From contig JBGSRK010000010.1 in NCBI GenBank assembly GCA_041737595.1, forward strand, positions 64,001 through 128,000: 64,000 bases of DNA. The letters are read 5' to 3'. The position numbers and the translations under genes are program-made. Source of the DNA: Patescibacteria group bacterium. Lineage in GTDB: Bacteria; Patescibacteriota; CPR2; UBA1875. The notes beneath the pieces were generated by a model. That model was given only the letters and a program-made list of their open reading frames with translations. It was not told the origin of the DNA and ran no database searches. Below are positions 27,912 to 37,562 of this stretch, piece by piece (position 1 is the first letter of the stretch; each line of letters opens with the position of its first letter).

Positions 27912-28292
27912 ATGAAAAAAGGTTTTACGCTTATCGAGCTTCTTATCGTAATCGTGATCATCGGCATTCTTGCCGTGATTGTTGTTGGATTGGTGGCCAC
28001 CAATAGCAAGAATCGTGCGAACGACGCGCGCAAAAAATCAATTATGCGCGAAGTTCAAACTGCACTTGAACAATATATGATTGATAATGACACTTATCCT
28101 GCAGATATAGCTACGCTATATACGGATAATGATTATCTAACTGAGGCCCCTGAAGTAATAGATGAAGATGCTTATGGGTATGTTACTGCAAATGATGATA
28201 CAGAATATACTCTAACCGTTGATATGTCTAATGCTAATGATAAAGGACCAAACGTTGAAGATGGTGTTTATACATTAACTCAAAAGCAATAG
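27912..28292 (+). CDS. Type IV pilin, probable major subunit
   Basis: KKG|FTLIELL; own promoter, strong RBS and terminator. Confidence 0.92.
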   Translation: MKKGFTLIELLIVIVIIGILAVIVVGLVATNSKNRANDARKKSIMREVQTALEQYMIDNDTYPADIATLYTDNDYLTEAPEVIDEDAYGYVTANDDTEYTLTVDMSNANDKGPNVEDGVYTLTQKQ

Positions 28293-28301
28293 TTTAAATT
28301 C

Positions 28302-28333
28302 AAAAACTCCCAAGGATTTCTGCGGGAGTTTTT
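28302..28333 (+). terminator. Intrinsic terminator after pilin
   Basis: AAAAACTCCC...GGGAGTTTTT. Confidence 0.7.
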
Positions 28334-28373
28334 GAATTATCAAATCCGCTGTATAATAATAAAGGGGGATACA

Positions 28374-28781
28374 ATAATTAAAAACTCAAAATTAAAAATT
28401 AAAAATTTTAAACATGGATTTACTCTTCTTGAAATCATTATTCTTCTTTCTATTATTTCTATAATGATGTCTGGAATATTAACTCTTTTTTTTAATGTAA
28501 TCACAGTAAATAAATCAGCTGAATATTATTCAACCGCATACAAATTAATGGATTCAAAAATTGAAGAGCTCAGAGGTACTTCTTTTGAAACTATAATAGA
28601 TGATACTTATCAAATATCTGAATTACCTCAAGGGGAAGGAATAATAAGTATATCCAATGAGATTGATGGCGCTCCCCAATCAGATATTATAAAAGTAGAT
28701 TTAAATATTTCTTGGTATTTTAAGAAAAAAAATCAAATTAGAGAAGTCACATATATTACTAAGGGTGGAATAAAAAAGTGA
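28374..28781 (+). CDS. Minor pilin (PilV-like); start uncertain (ATA 28374, ATT 28377 or TTG 28332)
   Basis: G|FTLLE motif; AAAGGGGG just before ATA/ATT. Confidence 0.8.
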   Translation: MIKNSKLKIKNFKHGFTLLEIIILLSIISIMMSGILTLFFNVITVNKSAEYYSTAYKLMDSKIEELRGTSFETIIDDTYQISELPQGEGIISISNEIDGAPQSDIIKVDLNISWYFKKKNQIREVTYITKGGIKK

Positions 28782-29371
28782 AATTTCAAATTAAAAATTA
28801 TAAATTAAAAATTATTAAAGGGTTTACCTTAATTGAACTTTTAATTTCAATTTCATTACTTGGGATAATACTTGCGGCAACTGTATCAATTTTTGTCACA
28901 GCATTAAAAAATTACCAGGTTAATTTCCAAAAAAGCACAATGCAAAAAGAAATTAACTTTACTTTAGATTCAATTGGAAATGACATTAAAAGTGGAGCTG
29001 TAATTGAAGGGTCTTATGAAGATTTTGTTAGCTCAGGTAATACTATAATAATTGGGATTCCAGCCGTAGATGATGACAATAATTTTATTTATACTGGAGA
29101 TGCAATAGAACTTGACTATTTTGTTTATTATCAGGCCGGGCAAACAATTAAAAAACATATTTATGCAAACTCTCTAGGCAAAAGAACCGGGCAAGACGGT
29201 AGTGACTATGTAATACTAGATAATTTAAACACTCTTTCTTTCGAATATACACCTGGGTTAGCTTCGGCAAATCAAATTAAAACAACAATTGAAACAGTAA
29301 AAAATATTAGCAATACAAATGTTAAAATGACCGAATCAAAAATTACTAACCTAAGAAATACAAATGAATAA
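28778..29371 (+). CDS. Minor pilin (PilW-like)
   Basis: G|FTLIELL. Confidence 0.87.
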   Translation: MKFQIKNYKLKIIKGFTLIELLISISLLGIILAATVSIFVTALKNYQVNFQKSTMQKEINFTLDSIGNDIKSGAVIEGSYEDFVSSGNTIIIGIPAVDDDNNFIYTGDAIELDYFVYYQAGQTIKKHIYANSLGKRTGQDGSDYVILDNLNTLSFEYTPGLASANQIKTTIETVKNISNTNVKMTESKITNLRNTNE

Positions 29372-30722
29372 GATAAAAGAATTAAAACTTAATAAAGGGA
29401 ATGCCTGGGTTGGGATTTTAATTATGTTAGTTATAATAACAGCGCTTGGTCTTTCATTGATTGCAGAAGTATTAGGGACAATTATTGCATCAAAAAAATC
29501 TGCACAAGTTATAACCGCTCAAGCTCTTTGTGATGCCGGAGTTGAAAAAGCAGTTTGGAAATTAAATCATGACACTAGCGGATATACTGGTGAAGATGAT
29601 ATTAATCTAGAAACTGGAATAATTGATATCGAGGTAACAAGTATTGATACTGAAACAAAGAGTGTACTTGTAACATCTTATGTCCCAGATAAAACAGATT
29701 CAAAAGTAACTCGAAAAGTGAGAGCCAAGGTTAAAGCAGATATAAACGAATCAAACATAAGTTTCCATTATGGTGTACAGGTTGGTGGTCTTGGAGTAAC
29801 AATGTCAAATAATTCTAAAATATTTGGGAATGTTTATTCAGATGGGCCAATAATAGGTGGGGGGGGATCTAAGATAACTGGAGATGCTATTTCTTCTGGT
29901 CCGACCGGTAGTATTAGGGGTTCTGGTAATAGCCAAAGAATAACTATTGGGAATGATGCCAGGGCAAATACGCTTCAATATTTAAATATTACAAGAGATG
30001 CTTATTATAATAATATTTCAAGTTCAACTGTAACCGGAATATCATATCCAGGGAGTACCAACCCTACACCCGTTGGATTACCAATCGACCAAAATACTAT
30101 TGATACTTGGGAATCTTGGGCTCAAACTGGTTCAACTTATAATGGTAATTATACTCTTGATGGCAATAATAGCACTCTTGGACCAATAAAAATTAATGGT
30201 AATTTAACTGTAATTAATGGTTCAGTACTTACCATGACTGGGGTTATTTGGGTTACAGGGAATATATCTTTTGCCAATAATGCCGTTATTAAACTTGATC
30301 CATCATTTGGCCAAAATAGTGGGATGATAATTACAGACAGCCCGACAGATAAAGCAACTTACGGTAAAGTTGAAGTTTCAAACAATGTTAGAGTTTGCGG
30401 TTCATATACACTTGACCAGTGTTTAGATGATGACCCACCAGAAAATAATAAAAGTTATATAATGATTCTTTCTACAAATACAGGTTCAACTACCTCAAAC
30501 CCGGCTATTGATGCTGGTAACAATTCTAAGGCCGTAGTATATTATACAACTGTTGGGATGCTTGAGGTTGCAAATAACGGCAGACTTCGAGCAGTTACTG
30601 GTGGTGGGCTTCATCTTTCAAATGGTGCAGAAGTTCAATATGATATTGGGCTGGCGGATGCAAATTTTTCTGGTGGGCCAGGCGGATCATGGGTTTTAAC
30701 AGAATGGCAAATAGTCCATTGA
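29364..30722 (+). CDS. PilX-like minor pilin with large beta-rich C-terminal domain
   Basis: KG|NAW hydrophobic helix lacking E5; AQALCDAGVEKA. Confidence 0.8.
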   Translation: MNKIKELKLNKGNAWVGILIMLVIITALGLSLIAEVLGTIIASKKSAQVITAQALCDAGVEKAVWKLNHDTSGYTGEDDINLETGIIDIEVTSIDTETKSVLVTSYVPDKTDSKVTRKVRAKVKADINESNISFHYGVQVGGLGVTMSNNSKIFGNVYSDGPIIGGGGSKITGDAISSGPTGSIRGSGNSQRITIGNDARANTLQYLNITRDAYYNNISSSTVTGISYPGSTNPTPVGLPIDQNTIDTWESWAQTGSTYNGNYTLDGNNSTLGPIKINGNLTVINGSVLTMTGVIWVTGNISFANNAVIKLDPSFGQNSGMIITDSPTDKATYGKVEVSNNVRVCGSYTLDQCLDDDPPENNKSYIMILSTNTGSTTSNPAIDAGNNSKAVVYYTTVGMLEVANNGRLRAVTGGGLHLSNGAEVQYDIGLADANFSGGPGGSWVLTEWQIVH

Positions 30723-30768
30723 GGAATTTATTCTTTTAAGTTAAAATTAGTTTACTAGGAGGGGTTCA

Positions 30769-31803
30769 ATTAAAGATCTGATTTACAAAAAAAAGGATGT
30801 TTTAGGACTAGATATCGGTGTAAGCACTGTTAAATTTGTCCAGCTTAAAGTTTCTGGCAAATTAACTAAACTGGTCGGTTATGGGAAAATTGAACTCCCT
30901 AAAGATATTATTATTGAAGGGATAATATCAGAACCGGAGAAATTAGCTGATATTCTAACAAAATCATTCAAAACACCTCCTTGGGGTAAAATAACAGCTG
31001 AACGAGTAATTGCCTCTCTCCCGGAATCAAAATTATTCACCCGTATAATAGATTTACCAACTCTAACAAAAAAAGATATTACAGAAGCTATAAAATATGA
31101 AGTGGAACAATCGGTCCCTATCTCTGTAGATGATTTATATATTGATTGGCAAATAATAAATGAAACAAAAGATAAAACTACTGTTTTTCTAGCTGCCGCA
31201 CCTAAAAGTATTGTTAATTCATATATGCAACTTTTTACGCTACTTAATCTTGATCCTATTGCACTTGAAATGTCTCTTGGAGCAATAGCAAGGTCAATGG
31301 TTTCAAATAAACAAAAAATTGAACCAGTTATAATATTTGATATTGGTGATCAATCATCAAATATTGCTGTTTTTGATTCTAATTTACAAGTAACTGGGAG
31401 CCATCCGATTGGTGGTGGGACAATTAGACAACTTCTTGAAAATACTCTAAAAATTTCTGATAAAGAATCATACTTATTAACTAGAGGTGGTATAAAGGGT
31501 AAAACAAAAGAGGCAGATATTATTCGTGCAGAAGTAGATAAATTAATTTTAGAAATTAAAAAGATCGATCAATACTATAAAGAAAAAACCAATTATGATA
31601 AACCTTTAAGTGTTCTAATTTGTGGGGGGCTTGGATTTATGCCAGGTTTACCAGAATATTTAAAAGAACATGGGTATGAATCAAGGGTGGGTAATCCTTG
31701 GGTTAATATATCAATTTATCCAATAAAACCCGTCCCAAAAGAAGAGGTCCCTGGTTATGCAACGGCAATAGGTTTAAGTTTAAGAGGGCTTGAGAATGAT
31801 TAA
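30769..31803 (+). CDS. pilM: Type IV pilus assembly protein PilM (non-canonical ATT or CTG start)
   Basis: Frame open from 30751 with LGLDIG; FDIG, ICGG and AIGLSLR; GGAGGGG before ATT. Confidence 0.88.
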   Translation: MKDLIYKKKDVLGLDIGVSTVKFVQLKVSGKLTKLVGYGKIELPKDIIIEGIISEPEKLADILTKSFKTPPWGKITAERVIASLPESKLFTRIIDLPTLTKKDITEAIKYEVEQSVPISVDDLYIDWQIINETKDKTTVFLAAAPKSIVNSYMQLFTLLNLDPIALEMSLGAIARSMVSNKQKIEPVIIFDIGDQSSNIAVFDSNLQVTGSHPIGGGTIRQLLENTLKISDKESYLLTRGGIKGKTKEADIIRAEVDKLILEIKKIDQYYKEKTNYDKPLSVLICGGLGFMPGLPEYLKEHGYESRVGNPWVNISIYPIKPVPKEEVPGYATAIGLSLRGLEND

Positions 31804-32362
31804 AGTAAATTTATTACCAGAAGAAGCTAAAGAAAGTATTAACCAAGCTAAAAATAACTCCGCACTTGTAAATATTTTCATAAAAACTGTGTTTTTATTA
31901 TTCTTAACAATAATATTCCTTGGTGGGTTATATTTTTATTATAAAGGTGCTCTAGATTCCAGTGTAAAAGTCCTTACTGAAAAACAAAAATTAATAGACC
32001 AATATGGGAATCTTCAAGAAACATCAAAAAAACTATCTGAAAGGTTAGATACAATAAAAAGAATCGATACAAATTCAAATAAATGGTCCGGGATTATGAC
32101 TGAAATCAATAAGGTGGTACCTGCGGGTATCTATCTTACGGGGCTAAAAATGGACTCAAACATTAAAAATCGTAGCCAAATTACTGGTTATGCTGTTTCA
32201 AAAAGAGAAGTAGCATCATTACAAGAAGCTCTAGAAAAATCTGATTTATTAGAATATGTAGATATTGAAGGTTCCCAAACTCAAACTGACCCCTCAAGTG
32301 GGCTAGAAAGAGAAAATTTTACTATTAGCCTAACCTTGAAACGTGAGGCGTTAGATGAATAG
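31796..32362 (+). CDS. pilN: PilN
   Basis: VNLLP motif, TM, coiled coil. Confidence 0.88.
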   Translation: MIKVNLLPEEAKESINQAKNNSALVNIFIKTVFLLFLTIIFLGGLYFYYKGALDSSVKVLTEKQKLIDQYGNLQETSKKLSERLDTIKRIDTNSNKWSGIMTEINKVVPAGIYLTGLKMDSNIKNRSQITGYAVSKREVASLQEALEKSDLLEYVDIEGSQTQTDPSSGLERENFTISLTLKREALDE

Positions 32363-32933
32363 ACTAAGAAGTTTTAATATAATTATTTCTGTATTGTTTT
32401 CATTAATGATAATATCTATTTTCGGTTTATTTATTATTGGATATATTTTAATTTCTGATAATAGATCTACTTTAGCTGAAAATGAATATAGAATAAGTAA
32501 AGTAGATGAAGCAGAAGATAATCTTTCTTCACTTGAAAAAAGATATAATTTGATTAAAAATGATTTGATTAAAATAAATACAGCCCTCCCAGATCAAAAA
32601 GATAGCTCATTAATAGTATCTGACCTAGATTCACTCGCAAATAGCTCTGGATTAAAACTAGTGTTAATTAAATCTGCTATCACGGGTAAAAAAAGTTCAA
32701 GTTCTGATTTAAGTCTATTACAAACAATTAAGGGTAAATATGGATATGAGATCCCAATAGAAATAAAAGTAGATGGAAGCTTTGGTAGTCTTTCAGATTT
32801 TATTTCTAAAATTGAATCATCTCAAAGATTATTGAATATTACTTATATTGATATTTCTAAGGTTAGTAGGACAGGAGACATGAGTGATAGTATAGAAGCA
32901 AAAATTAAATTAACGGCTTATTTAAAAAAATGA
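32355..32933 (+). CDS. pilO: PilO
   Basis: TM; ALP; GSF..L.DF..KIE...RL. Confidence 0.85.
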   Translation: MNRLRSFNIIISVLFSLMIISIFGLFIIGYILISDNRSTLAENEYRISKVDEAEDNLSSLEKRYNLIKNDLIKINTALPDQKDSSLIVSDLDSLANSSGLKLVLIKSAITGKKSSSSDLSLLQTIKGKYGYEIPIEIKVDGSFGSLSDFISKIESSQRLLNITYIDISKVSRTGDMSDSIEAKIKLTAYLKK

Positions 32934-33244
32934 AAACAAATAAAACCCAAAATTATAAAATAACAAATCTTAAAGAACTTGGGATTAAACTTTCCAACCA
33001 AAAAACTATGTGGCAAAATGGATTATTTTATGCCGTTATAATCTCTTTGGTTATATTTATATGTGCTATGAGCTATATTTTCTTTAGGCCACTTAGCTCT
33101 GATATGAAACAAATAATTAATGAAGAAATAAATTCATCTAATGTAACCTTTAATGAAAAGGTGATAGAAGATTTAAGTAAAAAACAACAACCAATTAAAT
33201 CATCTGAGACCACAGTCGGTAAAAACCCTTTTTTACCTTTTTAG
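32930..33244 (+). CDS. PilP-like small membrane protein
   Basis: TM and C-terminal GKNPF; follows pilO. Confidence 0.6.
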   Translation: MKTNKTQNYKITNLKELGIKLSNQKTMWQNGLFYAVIISLVIFICAMSYIFFRPLSSDMKQIINEEINSSNVTFNEKVIEDLSKKQQPIKSSETTVGKNPFLPF

Positions 33245-33807
33245 TCGCTCTTTGCTATTTTTTTACCCCTAGTTCTTCTTTCATTTTCTTCAAGTTCTTT
33301 AAGCTCCATTATTTTTCTTTGAAGACCGTCGGGATCATTTATATTATTAAAAATAAAATTTCTTAACTCTCCAGCTGTTTGAATTTCAAGATTCCCATAA
33401 TCTAGAGTTGTTTGGATAATTCCATGTTGCCCAAATGTAACATCTTCTACTTGGTCGAGATCAAGCACAGAAACTTTTCTTGAAAATAATCCAATTTGCT
33501 CAACCTCAACAATATGTTCATCTGTTAAAATCACGACATTATAGTATCTTAAAACCCATGAAGTATAAGGGTAGGTTATAAAAAATAAAATAGAGATAGA
33601 TAAAATTATCTCAGGTAATAGATAAATAAAAGAGTCAGAGCCAGTTTTTTTTAATAAAATAAATAAAATGGTTGAGATAATAGAAAAGAAACCTCCGATA
33701 ATAAATGGTGTCAAAAGATAAAACCAATGTTTTCTTGTTATAATTAAAACATTTTCATCATCTTCTTGAGATTCAAAATATTTAAATTTTTTAAAAGCTG
33801 TTCCCAC
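33241..33807 (-). CDS. Bacterial PH-domain membrane protein
   Basis: RKHW, 2 TM, LTDEHIV and DYGNLEIQTAG; GTG after GGAG. Confidence 0.8.
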   Translation of the reverse strand: MGTAFKKFKYFESQEDDENVLIITRKHWFYLLTPFIIGGFFSIISTILFILLKKTGSDSFIYLLPEIILSISILFFITYPYTSWVLRYYNVVILTDEHIVEVEQIGLFSRKVSVLDLDQVEDVTFGQHGIIQTTLDYGNLEIQTAGELRNFIFNNINDPDGLQRKIMELKELEENERRTRGKKIAKSD

Positions 33808-33808
33808 C

Positions 33809-34000
33809 TTAACTCCAATCCATCCCAGCAAAATAATAAACAATTACAAGAATATTTATTGAAGCAATAAAGGTAAACAAATAAAGTGTTTTAATACTAA
33901 TATCTTTTGGCATTTTAAGTTTTATTACATGATAAATTAAAGTAATATACCAAATAAACCAAATTGCTAAAAAAAGAAATATTATATAGTTTATATACAT
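33809..34000 (-). CDS. Small membrane protein
   Basis: Two hydrophobic helices; TATAAT just upstream. Confidence 0.6.
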   Translation of the reverse strand: MYINYIIFLFLAIWFIWYITLIYHVIKLKMPKDISIKTLYLFTFIASINILVIVYYFAGMDWS

Positions 34001-34069
34001 CTTTTATAATTATACACCAATAATAGTCTTTCCAAAAAAATCATATATAAATTAAAAGTTTATAGTATT

Positions 34070-35095
34070 TTATAAAAGTTTTTGTTCGTCAGAAAAACTT
34101 AACCCAAGATGTTTTTTTGCCGCATTAGTAACTTTTCTACCCTTTGGGGTTCTTTCTAAAAATCCGATTTGTATAAGATATGGTTCATAAACATCCTCGA
34201 TTGTGTCACATTCCTCGGCAGTAGCAGCGGAAAGAGTAGAAAGACCAACGGGCCCATTACCAAATTTTTCGATTATGGTTGTTAATAAATTTCTATCAGT
34301 AGCATCGAGGCCACGCTCATCTACTGCTAATCTTTTAAGGGCCTTTTCTGCAATATCTTTAGAAATCTCGCCTTTTTCTTTAACTTGAGCATAATCTCTT
34401 ACTCTCTTAAGTAATCTATTGGCAATACGAGGAGTTTTTCTTGACCTTTTTGCAATTTCTTCAGCCCCACCTTTATCAATCACAATATTTAAAATTTTAG
34501 CAGACCTTTTTATAATTTTTTCTATTTCACCTTCGTTGTAAAAATCGAGCCTTTCAACCATCCCAAACCTATCTCTTAGGGGAGATGACAATAAACCTGC
34601 TCTTGTTGTTGCTCCAACAAGCGTAAATTTAGGAATATCTAGCCTAATAGATCTAGCAGATGGACCTTTCCCAATAATTATATCGAGCACAAAATCTTCC
34701 ATTCCTGGGTATAAAACCTCTTCTACTACTTTATTTAGACGGTGTATTTCATCGATAAATAGAATGTCTCCCTCTTCGAGGTTTGTAAGAATTGAAGCTA
34801 AATCCCCCGCTCTTTCAATTGCTGGCCCTGAAGTTACCCTAATATTTGAATTTGTTTCTGCAGCAATAACATGGGCTAAGGTAGTTTTACCTAATCCTGG
34901 AGGCCCATATAAAAGAACATGATCTATTGGTTCTGACCTTTTTTTTGCAGCAGAAATTGCAATCCCAAGATTATCTTTTATCTGCTCTTGGCCAACATAT
35001 TCTGAGAATTTTCTTGGACGGAGACTTTCTTCGAAGTCTTCTTCCCCTTTAAATTCTTCTGCATCAGTTATATGTGTTTCTTCAAATTCTGACAT
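34070..35095 (-). CDS. ruvB: Holliday junction helicase RuvB
   Basis: [17 protein letters not shown] and YEPYL. Confidence 0.97.
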   Translation of the reverse strand: MSEFEETHITDAEEFKGEEDFEESLRPRKFSEYVGQEQIKDNLGIAISAAKKRSEPIDHVLLYGPPGLGKTTLAHVIAAETNSNIRVTSGPAIERAGDLASILTNLEEGDILFIDEIHRLNKVVEEVLYPGMEDFVLDIIIGKGPSARSIRLDIPKFTLVGATTRAGLLSSPLRDRFGMVERLDFYNEGEIEKIIKRSAKILNIVIDKGGAEEIAKRSRKTPRIANRLLKRVRDYAQVKEKGEISKDIAEKALKRLAVDERGLDATDRNLLTTIIEKFGNGPVGLSTLSAATAEECDTIEDVYEPYLIQIGFLERTPKGRKVTNAAKKHLGLSFSDEQKLL

Positions 35096-35111
35096 CTTTT
35101 TCCTTTTGGCT

Positions 35112-35171
35112 TGTCATTCTGAGTGGAACGAAGAATCTACTGCAAGATCCTTCACATTCATTCAGGATGAC
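35112..35171. repeat. Palindromic miniature element (REP-like), intergenic copy
   Basis: GTCATTCTGAG...GAAGAATCT...AGATCCTTC...TCAGGATGAC. Confidence 0.8.
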
Positions 35172-35176
35172 GATTA

Positions 35177-35743
35177 TTATCTTTTCCCTAAATTTTTAAT
35201 CATCCATTTAATTTTTTCATCATTTTCAGTAATTTCTTCAGGTATATTTTTTAAAGCATTAATAATTTCAGGTTTTTGAAAACCAAGACCAAAAAGAGCA
35301 TCGATTATATCTGTGGCATCTGTTTGGGTAATTCCATTCAAATTAATATTAGTAAACCCAATTTTACCCTGAAGTTCAATAATGGCTTTTTCTGCAGTTT
35401 TTTTACCTACACCAGAAACAGCTGATAACATTGAAGAATCTCCTTTTAAGATTGAATCCTTCAAATTATCAATAGGAGCAGAACCAATAATAGCCAGCGC
35501 AACTTTTGGCCCAATCCCAGACACAGAAAGTAAATTTTTAAATAATTCTAACCCACTTTTTTCAGAAAAACCAAAAAGAGAAAATTGGTCTTCTCTAACG
35601 TGGGTATAAATATATAATTCAATTTCATTAACCTTAAGATCAATATTTACGGGTATATTAACTTCATATCCAACATTAGACACGTTTAAAATAATTTTAC
35701 CCACTTCTTGTTCTAATATAGTACCTTTTAAATATCCAATCAT
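35177..35743 (-). CDS. ruvA: Holliday junction DNA-binding protein RuvA
   Basis: MIGYLKG, VRED, VSGIGPK and GVGKKTAE. Confidence 0.96.
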   Translation of the reverse strand: MIGYLKGTILEQEVGKIILNVSNVGYEVNIPVNIDLKVNEIELYIYTHVREDQFSLFGFSEKSGLELFKNLLSVSGIGPKVALAIIGSAPIDNLKDSILKGDSSMLSAVSGVGKKTAEKAIIELQGKIGFTNINLNGITQTDATDIIDALFGLGFQKPEIINALKNIPEEITENDEKIKWMIKNLGKR

Positions 35744-35788
35744 ATTGCTATTCTACGCGACAGATTTGAAAAATAAAAGTAGACAAAA

Positions 35789-36271
35789 CTATTTTATATT
35801 TTCGCGCCAGGTTTGAGCATGACAAATTGCAACTGCAAGTGCATCTGCTGCATCATCAGGTTTCGGAATTTCTTTTAGAGAAAGTAACGCTTTAACCATC
35901 TGCTGTATTTGATTTTTATCAGCTCTCCCATAGCCAGTTAAGGCCATTTTTACTTCTAGTGGAGTATATTCAAAAACCAAAAGGCCATTTTTCTTCCCAG
36001 CCAGTAAAATTACTCCCCTTGCATGACCAACTGCAATCGCTGTTTTTGCGTTTGCAGCAAAAAATAATTCTTCAACTGCAATATGATCAGGTTTATATTT
36101 TTTTATTATATCTGAAAGTTCATTAAATATTGTATCCAAACGGTCGTGAAGTGGTGTTTTTGCTGGCGTAGAGATAACTCCGTAATCTAAAATATTATAT
36201 TTTTGGCCTTCTTTTTTTAGTACCCCAAAACCAGTAGTTGCAGTTCCTGGGTCTACTCCAATTATTATCAT
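35789..36271 (-). CDS. ruvC: Holliday junction resolvase RuvC
   Basis: GVDPG, VEE and DDAADALA. Confidence 0.97.
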   Translation of the reverse strand: MIIIGVDPGTATTGFGVLKKEGQKYNILDYGVISTPAKTPLHDRLDTIFNELSDIIKKYKPDHIAVEELFFAANAKTAIAVGHARGVILLAGKKNGLLVFEYTPLEVKMALTGYGRADKNQIQQMVKALLSLKEIPKPDDAADALAVAICHAQTWRENIK

Positions 36272-36678
36272 TTAAACCACCAAATAAATAGTAACGAAAT
36301 TCCAATTACAAAAATATCTGTACCTAAAAACAAAAATTCTTTAAAGTGAGGTTGTCTTTTTGTGTGCCATTGTCCTATTTTTTTATCATATAAAGGCGTA
36401 TATATCATGAGTAAATCAACAATAATCCCACCACAAGCCCCAGCTAAAAATCCATTTATATTCCCAATATCTTGGTAAATAAAAAAAAGTATAAAAAAAA
36501 CAGTAAAAATACCATCAAGTGCCATTAAAATTCCTTTAGATTTTTTATTTTTAGGCCAAAAATGAGGTATTTTATCTAAAATAAAATGTAAAATAATCCC
36601 AGCTAAAAACGCCCAGATTGGTGTTCCTATTCTCTGACCAAGTGCTCCACCGCTTAATGCATGAGAAAGGACTAACAT
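36268..36678 (-). CDS. Membrane protein with conserved His/Asp residues
   Basis: SH...HFILDKIPH...WH; hydrophobic. Confidence 0.7.
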   Translation of the reverse strand: MLVLSHALSGGALGQRIGTPIWAFLAGIILHFILDKIPHFWPKNKKSKGILMALDGIFTVFFILFFIYQDIGNINGFLAGACGGIIVDLLMIYTPLYDKKIGQWHTKRQPHFKEFLFLGTDIFVIGISLLFIWWFK

Positions 36679-37433
36679 TAAGAGATCTCCTCTAATATCT
36701 CATCAGAAATATCAAAGTTTGAATGAACTGCTACTACATCGTCTAAACCTTCAAGTGTATCCATGATTTTTAAAATACTTTCGGCTTTATCCTTATCACT
36801 TATTGCAACTTCTTTTTTTGGTATAAATGAAAGCTCAGCATTTTCTGAAATAACATTATTTTCCTCTAAATTTAGTTTTACCGATGAAAGTTCATTCGAT
36901 TTAGTATATACCGTTATTTGATCTTCATTTTCTTCAAAATCATCTGCTCCAGAATCTAATATAATCAATTCTATTTCATCTTTATTTTTGTTTTGTGATT
37001 TAAGATTAATAGACAAAATACCTTTTTGATCAAAAAGATAAGAAACAGAACCACTATTTCCTAAGCTACCACCATGTTTTGTAAAAGCGGCTCTTATCTC
37101 ACCCACTGTACGATTTTTATTATCAGAAGCTGTTTCTACTAAAACTGCTGTCCCTGATGGCCCATAACCTTCATATATAAATTCTTCAATCCTTACACCA
37201 CTATCATCTCCCATTCCTCTCTTTATTGCTCTTTCTATATTTGAAAGAGGCATATTAACGGTTTTCGCTTTATCCATAGCTAAACGTAATGAAAAATTCA
37301 TTTTAGGATCGTTACCACCTTGTTTCGCAGCAAGTGCTATCATATTTGCGACTTGAGTAAAGGATTTACCTTTTTTAGCATCAACAATAGCTTTTTTATG
37401 TTTAATACTCGACCATTTAGAATGTCCTGACAT
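36678..37433 (-). CDS. yebC: YebC/PmpR family protein
   Basis: MSGHSKW, YEGYGP and DNKNRT. Confidence 0.96.
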   Translation of the reverse strand: MSGHSKWSSIKHKKAIVDAKKGKSFTQVANMIALAAKQGGNDPKMNFSLRLAMDKAKTVNMPLSNIERAIKRGMGDDSGVRIEEFIYEGYGPSGTAVLVETASDNKNRTVGEIRAAFTKHGGSLGNSGSVSYLFDQKGILSINLKSQNKNKDEIELIILDSGADDFEENEDQITVYTKSNELSSVKLNLEENNVISENAELSFIPKKEVAISDKDKAESILKIMDTLEGLDDVVAVHSNFDISDEILEEIS

Positions 37434-37562
37434 ATCTTTTAGCTCCTTCGGTATAAATTATATCACAAGTTATAATTGAGACGATTATTAGTTACTTTTA
37501 TAATTTATAATTTGTATAATTTAATGGAAATTTTGGCCAAATTAAGCTATAATCTTTACGCT

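Noticed and set aside
28376-28815. AAAATT-type microrepeats in minor pilin leaders
   Set aside because: Low-complexity Lys/Ile/Asn coding in AT-rich DNA; not enough evidence for a distinct element.
37476-37562. N-terminal extension of LepA in the ORF track
   Set aside because: Conserved LepA sequence starts at ATG 37563; the extension covers promoter-like DNA.
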